NCBI GenBank assembly: GCA_964510025.1
Contig: CAZDZV010000011.1
Span: 1-54,640 of the forward strand
Source of the DNA: an uncultured Methanosarcinales archaeon
Lineage (GTDB): Archaea; Nanobdellota; Nanobdellia; Woesearchaeales; DATDXC01
Direction: 5' to 3'
DNA length: 54,640 bases
Below the pieces are notes generated by a model. It was not told the DNA's origin, made no database searches, and saw only the letters and a list, made by a program, of their open reading frames with translations. The position numbers and the translations under genes are program-made. Below are positions 26,462 through 36,364 of this stretch, in pieces (position 1 is the stretch's first letter; each line of letters opens with the position of its first letter).

Positions 26462-28723
26462 ATGAACATAAACGTGCTGCGGGCTGAATACCCCGACCTT
26501 GAGGATATTCTGACTGCTGCTTCTGCACTGCCGGATGTTGAAGCCGCACTCACACTTGTGAGAACCGGCATCGATGCTGGATGGGATTCTGAGGATTTAG
26601 GATTTATGGTGGGGGCAGCGTCTTTTCTGAATGATCCGTCTGTCAGAGAACAGCTGTACAAATTCTTGCATAGGAGAAACCTGGGCTGGTTGAGTGATTA
26701 CACTGTCCATGAAGTGTTTGGTCAGCTCGCTATATGGGCAGAGGAAGGGTGGACAGGTCACGATATCCATTCTTTTCTAGCGTCAATAAAAAGGTCGGAG
26801 CCTGAAGATATTTTCAGGCAAATAAGATCTGATAGATTTGCAGCAGACACTGGCATGGTTAGGGCCCTCTATGAGCAAAAAAGGATAGAAGCAAATCCCA
26901 GGAGGATTGCTTTCGCAAGAGCGAAACATCCAATATTGGATAAGCTATGCAGCGAATATGGCCCTGAGCATGGGTTCCAGGCTCACGAGCAGCTTATGGC
27001 CCTTGTGAGAAATGCATTTGGTGAGGTGGTATATGCTACTAGCAGAAAGATGCCAGAGGAAGCAAGGGTGTTTGTCGCAGAAATGTACCTGGAGCGGGCA
27101 GATAATGACAGGCTACGGGGCGTCATCAAGCTCCTTACTGAAGAAGAGGTCTTCCATACAGAGGTGAATGAATATTCCTACAGGACAAGGCTAGGTCTGG
27201 ATGACACCAGGCATTTTGCAGCTTCTGTAGTAAATGTAGCAGGAAGGCCTGTCTATTATGCGGTCGCGATGGGATACCTTGGCCAGCTTAACATCGCTAA
27301 CTGGCTTAATGTGATGAGGCACGTAGAAAGAAAAGGTCTTTCCGCTGATCAGCAGGAGTTGCTGAAGCAACAAAGGATAAGGTTGTTGGGCTTTGCAAAC
27401 GACATGGTCGGGCAGCTTCACGCGTATGCAAGAACCGCAGAGAGGGGAAGAGATGACTCAGCAGGAAGATCATATAAATTTCTAAGCCATCTCACAGAGT
27501 TCACTCAAGCAGCTAAAGAAGCAGGGTGTCTTGAATCTGACTATCCTCTGGCTAGTGCATTAAGGACAGCAAAAGCAATCATATGCCCTAGTGTAGATGA
27601 GTTAGCGGCCTACATCGCTGCGATACCCGTAGTAGCCTACTACGATGCTGTCACCAAGAACTTTCCAGTAGAGGAGACCGACCAAAGAGAGGACGAAAGG
27701 GTTATGATGCTGCCGAGCCTTTCTAGGACAAGCAATCTCTCGGCACGTATTCTGGCCTACAATCTGTACCTTCAGAATGAATCTTCTGGTTCAGAACAAA
27801 GAACACCAGTCAAGCAGCATTTAGTAAACAATGTAGACAGGTGCTCAGTGAGGAATGAGCCAGGTGTCTTTGACCTGGCTAATCTCTACCTGACATCCAT
27901 TTTTGCCAGATCCCATGATCCACAGCAGCTCAGGGCGCAGATCAGGATTCTTCTTTGGCATTATCTTTTCTCATATTCCCACCATGTTCAGGGGTATAAT
28001 AGGCTTGTGGAACAAGTAGAGATGGAGCCAATACCTTTTGTGCAAAGGCAGATACATTTTGATGTTCAAAACCGATTTGCCTATTTTGTGGATCCAGAGA
28101 TTTCAAAGGGCTCTCTTGGCACAGCAGCGATAGGGGTATCTGGGTTTCTTGATACAATATCGAGAAGCCTCAATGTCTATTCTGTTTTTGAAAATATTGA
28201 GTTTTACCTGGACAGACAAGATGCGCCTGCAGCAGTCCAAAGGTACTTCGACCTGATAAAGCAGCTTGTTACAGTCCATCTGAAACCCAAGGAGAACAGT
28301 TACTTTGCAAACGGCAATTACCGGCATGACCTCGATCCAGATGCTGTGGGGCTCCTAAGTTGTCTTCTAGAAGACAATAGCCCATCAGTCCAGGAAAGGG
28401 TGTTTGAAATTGAAGCTGATCTGTACGCCTCAATGCCTTTCCGGGCAGCTATGATTGCCGATACTGTCCCTTTTTATGTGTCTCAGGATGGCAATCTTAC
28501 TCCGGAAAGGATCGACTACTATCAGGTACAGCTAGGTGCAGTTGTCCAGGCACTGGAAATACTGAAAGAGGAATTTGTGTTGAGAACTGGCGGCAGATAT
28601 TTAAGAAGAAAGCTGGATCCTCAAAAACTGGAAGACATTACCGGTGGGTTCCGCACATTTTATGATATAGCAATGCATCTGCAGCCTGGAAGGATAACTG
28701 GCTATCAGGGAGGTTTTAGATGA
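26462..28723 (+). CDS. Large hypothetical protein (753 aa), possible degenerate APH-kinase-like central domain
   Basis: Long ORF; 4-nt overlap with the downstream PHP gene. Confidence 0.7.
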   Translation: MNINVLRAEYPDLEDILTAASALPDVEAALTLVRTGIDAGWDSEDLGFMVGAASFLNDPSVREQLYKFLHRRNLGWLSDYTVHEVFGQLAIWAEEGWTGHDIHSFLASIKRSEPEDIFRQIRSDRFAADTGMVRALYEQKRIEANPRRIAFARAKHPILDKLCSEYGPEHGFQAHEQLMALVRNAFGEVVYATSRKMPEEARVFVAEMYLERADNDRLRGVIKLLTEEEVFHTEVNEYSYRTRLGLDDTRHFAASVVNVAGRPVYYAVAMGYLGQLNIANWLNVMRHVERKGLSADQQELLKQQRIRLLGFANDMVGQLHAYARTAERGRDDSAGRSYKFLSHLTEFTQAAKEAGCLESDYPLASALRTAKAIICPSVDELAAYIAAIPVVAYYDAVTKNFPVEETDQREDERVMMLPSLSRTSNLSARILAYNLYLQNESSGSEQRTPVKQHLVNNVDRCSVRNEPGVFDLANLYLTSIFARSHDPQQLRAQIRILLWHYLFSYSHHVQGYNRLVEQVEMEPIPFVQRQIHFDVQNRFAYFVDPEISKGSLGTAAIGVSGFLDTISRSLNVYSVFENIEFYLDRQDAPAAVQRYFDLIKQLVTVHLKPKENSYFANGNYRHDLDPDAVGLLSCLLEDNSPSVQERVFEIEADLYASMPFRAAMIADTVPFYVSQDGNLTPERIDYYQVQLGAVVQALEILKEEFVLRTGGRYLRRKLDPQKLEDITGGFRTFYDIAMHLQPGRITGYQGGFR

Positions 28724-30003
28724 ACGAAGCGTATTTTGATGGCCACACCCACCCCACAGCCTGGTCTTTCGACGGTATTATGTCTCCATGGGAGCCCCCA
28801 CAATTTTGGTACCAGGTGAAAAGAGAGTTCTTGGATAACAGGCCCCTGGCGGTTGCGATGACAGATCATGATACAACTGTGGGGATCGAACCTGTACTTT
28901 TTGAGCTGGACCAATACAATAGGCGTGAAGCCATACCTATGGACGATCAAGTGGAACCAATCTGTGGCGTTGAGGCTACAGGCCAGTTTGAAGGATTCTC
29001 TACACATATTTTGGGCTATTGGCTACAGAAGGATAATGAGACCCTGCAGGCACTGATGCCTTACATGCAGCAGGCTCAGGATATCCTTTTCCATACCAAT
29101 CAGGCCAGCAAGAGGAAATATGGCTATTTTGGGCTGAACCTAGTGAAAGAATGGGCAAAGGGGCAAGGCTTTCCAAACTGGGATGATATTTCGCTCGAGA
29201 TGTTGGAAAGGCTCAGGGACGGACAGCTCCCCCACATACGGAACCAATATTCACTGGATAGATGGGTTATCGGACCATATGAGGATCATCAACCCAGGAT
29301 AACAGGATTGAATTGGATGCATCTTGCCATGGCTATGGCGGAGCTCGAGTGGTGCAGTCTTGAAGAAGCCAAGAGTAAGGTAAAAAGAGGCGGGGAACTG
29401 TATGTATCAAAGGCACAGCCTTTTAGGGTTCCCAGCACCGCCGAAGTCATATTTGGGCTTTATACCTCCAGATGTCTGGTAGTGATGGCGCATCCGCAAG
29501 AGCTAATGTGCCAGATGATTGAGGACAGATTGGCAGGAGAAGGGCTTGACAGGCTACCTGAGAATGATGTCGGGGATTCGATAGTTGAAGAGGTGATTGG
29601 CCTTATTGCGAAATTCATCGAAGAAGGCGTGCCAAACGGCCTTAGGGGGCTGGAGCTTTATAATCGCTTCAGCTATAGGGATACTGTCTGTGAATATATG
29701 ACGCAGCGTCTGGAAAAGCTTGTGGCTGATTTTAACGGCCCAACAGATGCACCTCTGCTCGTTACTGCAGGATCAGACAACCATGATGGAATTAAGGATG
29801 AAAAAAGGCAGCTTGCAAGGCTTTTGCGCCAAAAACCTGATGTTTACCAGGGCCCATGGATCCACAGGAATAGCTGGCATGAAAGGCCCAATGCTTCCAC
29901 ATTAGAACAAAGGATAGAAAGGCGCCGTATAGATGCTAGTTTCTTGAAGAAAATGAAGGCTGCTCCACTACAAGATGATGGACTGTATCCCCTTTCTTAT
30001 TAA
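28720..30003 (+). CDS. PHP-domain metal-dependent phosphoesterase (TrpH/YciV-like)
   Basis: DGHTH..SFDG, MTDHDT, GVE, HILGY, MAHP, GLE, AGSDNH. Confidence 0.9.
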   Translation: MNEAYFDGHTHPTAWSFDGIMSPWEPPQFWYQVKREFLDNRPLAVAMTDHDTTVGIEPVLFELDQYNRREAIPMDDQVEPICGVEATGQFEGFSTHILGYWLQKDNETLQALMPYMQQAQDILFHTNQASKRKYGYFGLNLVKEWAKGQGFPNWDDISLEMLERLRDGQLPHIRNQYSLDRWVIGPYEDHQPRITGLNWMHLAMAMAELEWCSLEEAKSKVKRGGELYVSKAQPFRVPSTAEVIFGLYTSRCLVVMAHPQELMCQMIEDRLAGEGLDRLPENDVGDSIVEEVIGLIAKFIEEGVPNGLRGLELYNRFSYRDTVCEYMTQRLEKLVADFNGPTDAPLLVTAGSDNHDGIKDEKRQLARLLRQKPDVYQGPWIHRNSWHERPNASTLEQRIERRRIDASFLKKMKAAPLQDDGLYPLSY

Positions 30004-30917
30004 TACCTGAGCGCCACTGCAGACGGACAAAGCTCAAGGACCTTCTGGCATGCGTTGCCAAGATAGTAGACAATTACCGTATCCTTTTCTGATCCTGTCT
30101 TGATGACCTTCGTTATGTCCTTTTTTACTCTTGTCACCTCATCGACAATGCTGCTTAGGATCTGATCATCCTTTTTGTAATATGCTTTGTAGAACGTATC
30201 GATAATGTTTATTGTTTTCTCAAAGATGCTTACGGTCTCCTTAGCCAGGGATATTCTGGACTTATTCTCGTAGAGGTATCTGCATAGGTCCCTAAAATCA
30301 TCAGCTATCTTCTCAAATTGCCAGACTATGACATACACAAAATTTGTTTTTGCAGGATCTTTATAGCCTTTTTTGGTAAGCAGGCGCTCGCAGAAATTGG
30401 TCAGCTTGTTGTTCGTAGATTCTAGGACAATTATCTCCTTAAGATCTTCAAACTGACCCTTCTTTATTATATCATAGCTTGATTTTGCCATAGATAGGGT
30501 AACTAAAAATATCCGCTTTAAGATTGTCTCAAACTCGCTCTCAAGGCCAGTGGCTATGTTTTTTATTATGCTGTACTTGGGTGTTTGTTCGATGATCTCA
30601 AATCCCATTATACCTTGATTGATGGTATCCTGTATGATTTTCGCGATCTTCGCATCTTTATATGTTAGCTCCATCTCATCGTAGCCGCTCTTATGGAAGA
30701 CAAATATCATCCACCTTATGAACTTTTCATTCAGGCTGGATACGTCTGCCTGGACTTTTTCACCTTCAGCGCCTTTTTTGCTTTGGACAATCATTTTATT
30801 GCCCTGGATTTCTATGTCAAGCTCATCCCCTTTCTTTATTCCGTTCCTAATCGCCCATTTCCTTGGCAGCGATACCAGCTGCGTGGAATCTGCTATCTGG
30901 ATAACTCGTCTTTTCAT
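30000..30917 (-). CDS. AbrB-PhoU regulator family protein
   Basis: MKRRVIQIADSTQLVSLPRKW..GIKKGDEL; FCERLL; FEKIADD. Confidence 0.88.
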   Translation of the reverse strand: MKRRVIQIADSTQLVSLPRKWAIRNGIKKGDELDIEIQGNKMIVQSKKGAEGEKVQADVSSLNEKFIRWMIFVFHKSGYDEMELTYKDAKIAKIIQDTINQGIMGFEIIEQTPKYSIIKNIATGLESEFETILKRIFLVTLSMAKSSYDIIKKGQFEDLKEIIVLESTNNKLTNFCERLLTKKGYKDPAKTNFVYVIVWQFEKIADDFRDLCRYLYENKSRISLAKETVSIFEKTINIIDTFYKAYYKKDDQILSSIVDEVTRVKKDITKVIKTGSEKDTVIVYYLGNACQKVLELCPSAVALRY

Positions 30918-31085
30918 TAAACCACCTTATATAATCCTGTCGTAGCTTAAATCTATTTATAAAGCTTTTCTTTTTTATATAAAAAACCAATATTATAGAA
31001 TCTTTATAAAATTTAAGGACAATCTATATAAAAGTGCCATATATTCCGAAAATCATCCGAAAAAGAGGAAAAGCGGGGGATAAGC

Positions 31086-31208
31086 ATGGATGATTTTATA
31101 GAAGAAGAAAATGTATATTCCGAAGGGGCGCGAGAGCAGCTTGTGGAAGATGATGCGCTGGACTCAAGGGAAGCTGCCTTCATGCAGGGGTATGATGATG
31201 CGCTTTGA
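31086..31208 (+). CDS. Small acidic protein (40 aa)
   Basis: MDDFIEEENVYSEGAREQLVEDDALDSREAAFMQGYDDAL; GGGGGA RBS. Confidence 0.65.
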   Translation: MDDFIEEENVYSEGAREQLVEDDALDSREAAFMQGYDDAL

Positions 31209-31288
31209 AAGTTTTGAAAAGGCTATGAAAGCCGCCAAGCCTAAGAATGATTTCGGTACTGATATGCAGGATCCTATGTACGAGTTCT

Positions 31289-32530
31289 CTATGAAATAAT
31301 GCCGTAGCCGATAAGCCTGAACCTGTTGCCTAACAGCCTAGATATTGTAGCTCTGGCTCCAACCTCTGCACAGACAGGAAGCTTGAGCCTGCAGGTCACC
31401 TTGTTTTTCTTGATCTTCGTCACAGCTCCGACCGTTGCTGATGAGTTGACATTCAGCATCAGGGGCTCTCCCATCTTTATAGGCTCCACAGTCAGCTCTT
31501 CTTCAAGCCCCACTACCCTGTCCAGAAGGCTCACATCCAGAGTCAGCTCCTCCCACACATTTGGCAGCTTTCCAGGCAGCCCAGCAACATTGCCAGAGAG
31601 GCTGTCAGACTTGACTATCGCAGGATCTAAGGACGTCAGCACGCCGATCGATCCGCCAGGGCCTACCTCTTTTGCTGAAGCGCCCCCTGTCTTAAGGTCT
31701 GTTATCTTGGTGATTATAGGCTTCCATACCTTCTTGTTCTTTTCCTCAAAGCTCAGCCCGGGCCTGATCTCTATCTCCTCATTGACCTTCAACCGTCCCT
31801 GTTTCAGCACCCCACCGAGAACTCCGCCCACCATCTTTGAGGGCTCAGAACCTGGCTTGTTTATATCGAAGCTTCTTGCAAGGAACATCAATGGCTCAAC
31901 ACTGGGGTTTCTTTTGGGTGTTTTTATCTTTTTTTCGATAGTCTCTATCAATAGCCCTATGTTAACGCCATGCTGTGCCGAGATCGGTATTATCGGGCAT
32001 TTTTCAAATTTAGTGCCCTTGATAAATTCCTTTATCTGTTCATAATTCTTGACAGCATCTTCCTCGCTCACAAGGTCTATCTTGTTCTGGATGATTATGA
32101 CATTTTCTACCCCGATTATCTCCAAGGCCATCAGATGCTCCCTTGTCTGGGGCTGAGGGCATCTTTCATTGGCTGCAATAAGAAGCAAAGCACCATCCAT
32201 TATAGCGGCTCCGCTGAGCATTGTGGCCATCAGGCTTTCATGCCCCGGAGCATCTATGAAGCTTACTTTGCGGACTATCTTGGCTTCTCCGCCGCACTTG
32301 CACTTTGGCTTAACAACATACTCCTTGCACTTGGTGCACCTGTAGAATGTAGCGTCAGCATAGCCCAGCCTTATGGTTATGCCCCTTTTTATCTCTTCAG
32401 AATGCGTGTCTGTCCATTTGCCGCTGAACTGCTCTGTTAGCGTAGTTTTTCCATGGTCAACATGGCCGATTAACCCGATATTTACTTCTGGCTGTATCTC
32501 TTCTTCTTTCTTGGTTTTTTTCTTCGGCAT
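31289..32530 (-). CDS. eif2g: Translation initiation factor aIF2 gamma subunit
   Basis: QPEVNIG.IGHVDHGKTT, RGITIRLGY, DAPGHE, NKID, RSFDINKPG. Confidence 0.97.
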   Translation of the reverse strand: MPKKKTKKEEEIQPEVNIGLIGHVDHGKTTLTEQFSGKWTDTHSEEIKRGITIRLGYADATFYRCTKCKEYVVKPKCKCGGEAKIVRKVSFIDAPGHESLMATMLSGAAIMDGALLLIAANERCPQPQTREHLMALEIIGVENVIIIQNKIDLVSEEDAVKNYEQIKEFIKGTKFEKCPIIPISAQHGVNIGLLIETIEKKIKTPKRNPSVEPLMFLARSFDINKPGSEPSKMVGGVLGGVLKQGRLKVNEEIEIRPGLSFEEKNKKVWKPIITKITDLKTGGASAKEVGPGGSIGVLTSLDPAIVKSDSLSGNVAGLPGKLPNVWEELTLDVSLLDRVVGLEEELTVEPIKMGEPLMLNVNSSATVGAVTKIKKNKVTCRLKLPVCAEVGARATISRLLGNRFRLIGYGIIS

Positions 32531-33144
32531 TATTTTTTCTCAGCTTCCTTCTCAGACTTCTTGTCTTTGGGCTCTTCAGTCTTCTGTTGTGCTTTTTTCA
32601 CCGGCTCCTGCGCAACTGCTGCTTTCTTCTCTGCAGGCTTAGGCTGGTCTTTTTCAGCTTTCTTTTCAGGCTGTTCTTCTGCAGCTTTCTGCTTTGTTTC
32701 TGTCTTTTTTGCAGCTGGTTTTGCATCCTTGTCTTCAGCCTTTTTTTCTTCGACACCAAGAGCTTCATTAAGCTTCTTGCTGCCGTGCTTCGTGACAGCA
32801 AGGTTGATCTGGGTGATGTTCTCATTTATCTTGTGGCCGCAAACTGTCTTTCTCATCTTCATGCCCTTGAGCCGTTTGCCCCCTCTGCCTTTTCCCCTGA
32901 AGCCAACTCCGCCGTACATAGAGATTCTTTTCCTGACGCCCAGGATTCCATGCCGCATTGGGAAGCCGCAATAGTCTGAGCCGCCTGTTATCTTAAATTC
33001 ATATCCAGAAGCCCCTAGCTGTTCGCCATTGACTGTCTCATCTATGTTCATCCCGACAAAGATCTGGGCCTGTTCGTCCTTGACCTCTTTCTGGTATGTT
33101 TTTCCTGTTTTAGGATCTGAAATGCATAGTTTAAACTCTGTCAT
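32530..33144 (-). CDS. rps6e: 30S ribosomal protein S6e with long K/E/A-rich tail
   Basis: FKLCISDPKTG, ITGGSD..GFPMR, RKTVCG, QINL. Confidence 0.95.
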   Translation of the reverse strand: MTEFKLCISDPKTGKTYQKEVKDEQAQIFVGMNIDETVNGEQLGASGYEFKITGGSDYCGFPMRHGILGVRKRISMYGGVGFRGKGRGGKRLKGMKMRKTVCGHKINENITQINLAVTKHGSKKLNEALGVEEKKAEDKDAKPAAKKTETKQKAAEEQPEKKAEKDQPKPAEKKAAVAQEPVKKAQQKTEEPKDKKSEKEAEKK

Positions 33145-33192
33145 AATAATCCCTCCGAATCTGAGAAATAATTGGTCATTTAAAAAGGTTTC

Positions 33193-33597
33193 CTATCTGT
33201 TCTCAATGCCAAGCTCATTGTCTATCTCTTCAGCCATTTCCTCAATGTCCTCAAGCATGTTTAAAGCTTTCCTTCTCATCTCTTTTATGGCCTGTTTGAG
33301 ACTTCCCCCCTTTATGCTGATCTGTTTCTTTTCCCTCACCAGAACACCTGCGTTGATAAGGTTTCTAAGATGATGGTTGACCAGGCCTTGCGTGATTCCT
33401 ACGTCTCTTGCTATGCTTTCAGAAAATACTCTCTCGTCTTCTGCAATCTTGTTCAGGATGTCTGTTATGATCCTGGTGGATGTAAATTCAGTATCTCTTC
33501 CAGAGCACAGCCCGAGACTGCTGCAGAACCAACCGATATCTTCTTCCACATCCCCTTTTTTCGGCTTGTTTATCTTCTTTATCTTAAGTTCGCTCAT
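33193..33597 (-). CDS. Winged-HTH transcriptional regulator divergent from hsp20
   Basis: SESIARDVGITQGLVNHHLRNLINAGVL. Confidence 0.8.
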   Translation of the reverse strand: MSELKIKKINKPKKGDVEEDIGWFCSSLGLCSGRDTEFTSTRIITDILNKIAEDERVFSESIARDVGITQGLVNHHLRNLINAGVLVREKKQISIKGGSLKQAIKEMRRKALNMLEDIEEMAEEIDNELGIENR

Positions 33598-33737
33598 ATC
33601 TGAACAGAATATCATAGATGGTATTTAAAGATTTCTATAAAATATTAATATCATATAAATAATGTGTAATTTATATACTTTATAACAATAAAATTTAAAT
33701 ATAACCTGCACCTTACTATCTAAATGAGGTGATGATT

Positions 33738-34208
33738 ATGAAAAGAAGCATCTGGGATGAGATGAGAAGAATGCAGGAGAATATGGATTCTTTGTTCAGG
33801 AACTTCTTCAGTGCAGAGCCGTTCGATACAGAGCTCTTGGAGGATAAGTCAGGAAAAGATCTGGCAACAAATTACAGGGCGCCGGCATCAGACATCTATG
33901 AGACAGATACAGCTGTTGTTGCAGAGATAGACATACCAGGAGTTGACAAGAAAGACATCAAGGTAAACGTGACAGATGACTCCATTGAGGTCAAGGCAGA
34001 GAAAAAGCATGAGACCAAGCAGGAGGACAAGAAAAAAGGGATGTTCAGGCTGGAGAGAAGCTATTCAGGATTCTATAGGAACTTCAGCCTGCCAGCAGAT
34101 GTGGATGCAGACAAGGCAGAAGCAGAGTTCAAGAATGGTGTGCTTAAGGTAAAGGTGCCTAAGCTCCAGGTAGATCATAAGAAAAAGAAGCTGCTTGAAA
34201 TTAAGTAA
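33738..34208 (+). CDS. hsp20: Small heat-shock protein Hsp20
   Basis: DIPGVDKKDIKV, ERSYSGFYRNFSLP, AEFKNGVLKVKVPK; GAGGTGA RBS. Confidence 0.95.
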   Translation: MKRSIWDEMRRMQENMDSLFRNFFSAEPFDTELLEDKSGKDLATNYRAPASDIYETDTAVVAEIDIPGVDKKDIKVNVTDDSIEVKAEKKHETKQEDKKKGMFRLERSYSGFYRNFSLPADVDADKAEAEFKNGVLKVKVPKLQVDHKKKKLLEIK

Positions 34209-34288
34209 TCCTAGCTATGAGCGTCAGTCTGGACGCAATATGGATTGCAGCCGGCCGCTGTCTGTTGCAAAAACAGGAGGTGATACAT

Positions 34289-34402
34289 ATGTTGTATGAG
34301 GACAAGTATGGAAACCTCAAGCACCCTGAGGAGGTGGAAGCCATGTCTCCCCACGAGGTTGAGGAGCTTGGCTTCCATGTCTTTGACAAGGCAATTGCCT
34401 AG
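34289..34402 (+). CDS. Small protein (37 aa) with strong RBS
   Basis: AGGAGGTGA RBS; MLYEDKYGNLKHPEEVEAMSPHEVEELGFHVFDKAIA. Confidence 0.7.
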   Translation: MLYEDKYGNLKHPEEVEAMSPHEVEELGFHVFDKAIA

Positions 34403-34474
34403 TTTCTTTTATATTCTTTATTATATATTTTATAATAGCAAGATTTTTAAATTGATCTGGAACTTCATGTATAC

Positions 34475-34927
34475 ATGGCATTTCAGGCATATGTAGCACT
34501 TGGGACAAGAGAAAGCCTCTGTCATTTGGCGCAGGATATTGTAAAAGTCTTTGAGGGACATGAGCTTGTGAGAGATTTTGTACCTACACCAGATGGTCCA
34601 GTGCCCCTAGGTCCTGTCAGCTCTCTTAAGGCAGGCCCCATAGACGCTCTGTTTCGAGGAGATCACTATGAAGCATGGATACATCCTCCTGGTGGGGATA
34701 TCGTAGCAGCATCAGGATATAGCAGAAACCCGGAGCTTAAGAGAAGGATATTGTCGGTCTCAACCCCTGGCCATGAACCAGATCTAGCCCTGATTGCAGC
34801 GATGGAATACGAAACACAAAATAGCCTAGTCAACCAGATCCAGTGGGCCCTGAATTCAGCATATGCAGGAACAAGAGGACACGCAACAGCACGCATAGAC
34901 AATGGACAGGTTACAAGACTTCTTTGA
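34475..34927 (+). CDS. Hypothetical protein
   Basis: 150-aa ORF after TTTTTAAA; no motif recognised. Confidence 0.55.
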   Translation: MAFQAYVALGTRESLCHLAQDIVKVFEGHELVRDFVPTPDGPVPLGPVSSLKAGPIDALFRGDHYEAWIHPPGGDIVAASGYSRNPELKRRILSVSTPGHEPDLALIAAMEYETQNSLVNQIQWALNSAYAGTRGHATARIDNGQVTRLL

Positions 34928-35609
34928 GTTCCTTTAGCTTAATCTTTCCTTTGTAGATAGCCATCCCCAATGCACAGTCAATATCATTTTCCTGCAGTTC
35001 CTTAACCTCATCAATAGAGGTTATCCCTCCTGCAGCAGTTATCCTGTTCTTGGTGTTTTTCCTTAGCGACTTAAAGAAATCAACATCTGTGCCTTGCAGC
35101 ATGCCTTCCTTGTCAACATAGGTAGCCAGGAATTCAGAGCAGTAAGGCTCCAGCTGCTTGACAACATCAACAGCCATCAATCCTGTCTTTTTTTTCCATC
35201 CACCGACGACTACCTCTCCTTTAATCGAGTCAATGGCGATTATTATCCTTTCTTTTCCGATTTTTTTATTAAGATTTCTGACAAACTCCAGGTCAATGCC
35301 ATTCTTAAAAACGCTTGATCCAACAATTATCTTTTCAGCTCCCAGATCAACAATTTCTCTGGCTTTTTCAACAGTACGGATGCCCCCGCCTACCCTACAC
35401 CTGATCCTGGATATGATCTTCTTGATGAGAACACAATTATTTCCCTGACCCATAGCAGCATCAAGATCTATCAGCTGAATAGTCCCAAAAGGCCTGAATC
35501 TTGAGATAAATCTGCCAAAATCCTTGCTTTTAAATTTCTTATTCTCTCTCCTGCCCTGGACTAGCTGAACCACCATGCCGTCCATCAGGTCTATGCATGG
35601 ATATATCAT
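34911..35609 (-). CDS. hisA: ProFAR isomerase
   Basis: YPCIDLMDG.VVQL, IDLDAA, VGGGIRT, DKEGMLQG, AAGGI. Confidence 0.93.
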   Translation of the reverse strand: MIYPCIDLMDGMVVQLVQGRRENKKFKSKDFGRFISRFRPFGTIQLIDLDAAMGQGNNCVLIKKIISRIRCRVGGGIRTVEKAREIVDLGAEKIIVGSSVFKNGIDLEFVRNLNKKIGKERIIIAIDSIKGEVVVGGWKKKTGLMAVDVVKQLEPYCSEFLATYVDKEGMLQGTDVDFFKSLRKNTKNRITAAGGITSIDEVKELQENDIDCALGMAIYKGKIKLKELKEVL

Positions 35610-36364
35610 CTTACCTTGCTGTAAAACTCCTCTTGCTTTATTATCTCCATGCCTTCTTTTTTTGCCATATTTTTTCCCTCTTCACTCTCAAATCCCCAGT
35701 CTGCCAAATAACACCTTATCCCGGTGCCTCTAACAGATTTCAGAGCAAAATACCTGTCATCAACAAACCTGATCTCTTCGGGCCCTGCCCTTTCCAGCAG
35801 CTCGTCAACAGCCTTTCTCTTTCCATTGTCAACATCCATATAAGCAGCATCAAATACCTTTTCTATGTCCAGCCCGTATCTAACCAGTACCTTTTTAATG
35901 AGGTCTCCCCTGTTTCCTGTGATTATCACTATCTCAAAGTCCTCCTGCAGCCTCTTCACGTCCTGTATGACTGATCCATGGGGTGGTGTCAGCTTAAGGA
36001 AGGCCTCAAAGTCCTCCTCCTGCAGCCTCTGCCTCTCATTATGGAACTTTTGCCTGAAACCACTGTCAAAATGCTTTCTGCTGTATGCCTCAAAATCAGC
36101 CTTGCTGCCTATCTGTACCCCATTATCGATAGCAGACATAAGAGATGAAAAAAGGCATGCATTGTCGCATAACGGCCTTAGCTCTGTGAATCTTTTTTCA
36201 ATATCTTTCAGCTCTGACTGGATCAGGCCAAAGTTTTTGCTGCTAAGTATGACATTCCTAAGCCTCTTGAAACCATAGAGCTTCTGATAGATATTGTAGG
36301 CAACAGCAAAAGTCTCAAGCCTGCTGTCCACCAGCACCCCATCATAGTCTAGTGCAACTATCAT
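35606..36364 (-). CDS. HAD-superfamily hydrolase within the his operon
   Basis: [25 protein letters not shown]; overlaps hisF and hisA by 4 nt each. Confidence 0.85.
   Translation of the reverse strand: MIVALDYDGVLVDSRLETFAVAYNIYQKLYGFKRLRNVILSSKNFGLIQSELKDIEKRFTELRPLCDNACLFSSLMSAIDNGVQIGSKADFEAYSRKHFDSGFRQKFHNERQRLQEEDFEAFLKLTPPHGSVIQDVKRLQEDFEIVIITGNRGDLIKKVLVRYGLDIEKVFDAAYMDVDNGKRKAVDELLERAGPEEIRFVDDRYFALKSVRGTGIRCYLADWGFESEEGKNMAKKEGMEIIKQEEFYSKVR

Noticed and set aside
31326..32979. Long plus-strand ORFs (239, 156, 137 and 130 aa) opposite aIF2-gamma and S6e
   Set aside because: Antisense shadows of conserved genes; Ser/Phe-rich with no motifs
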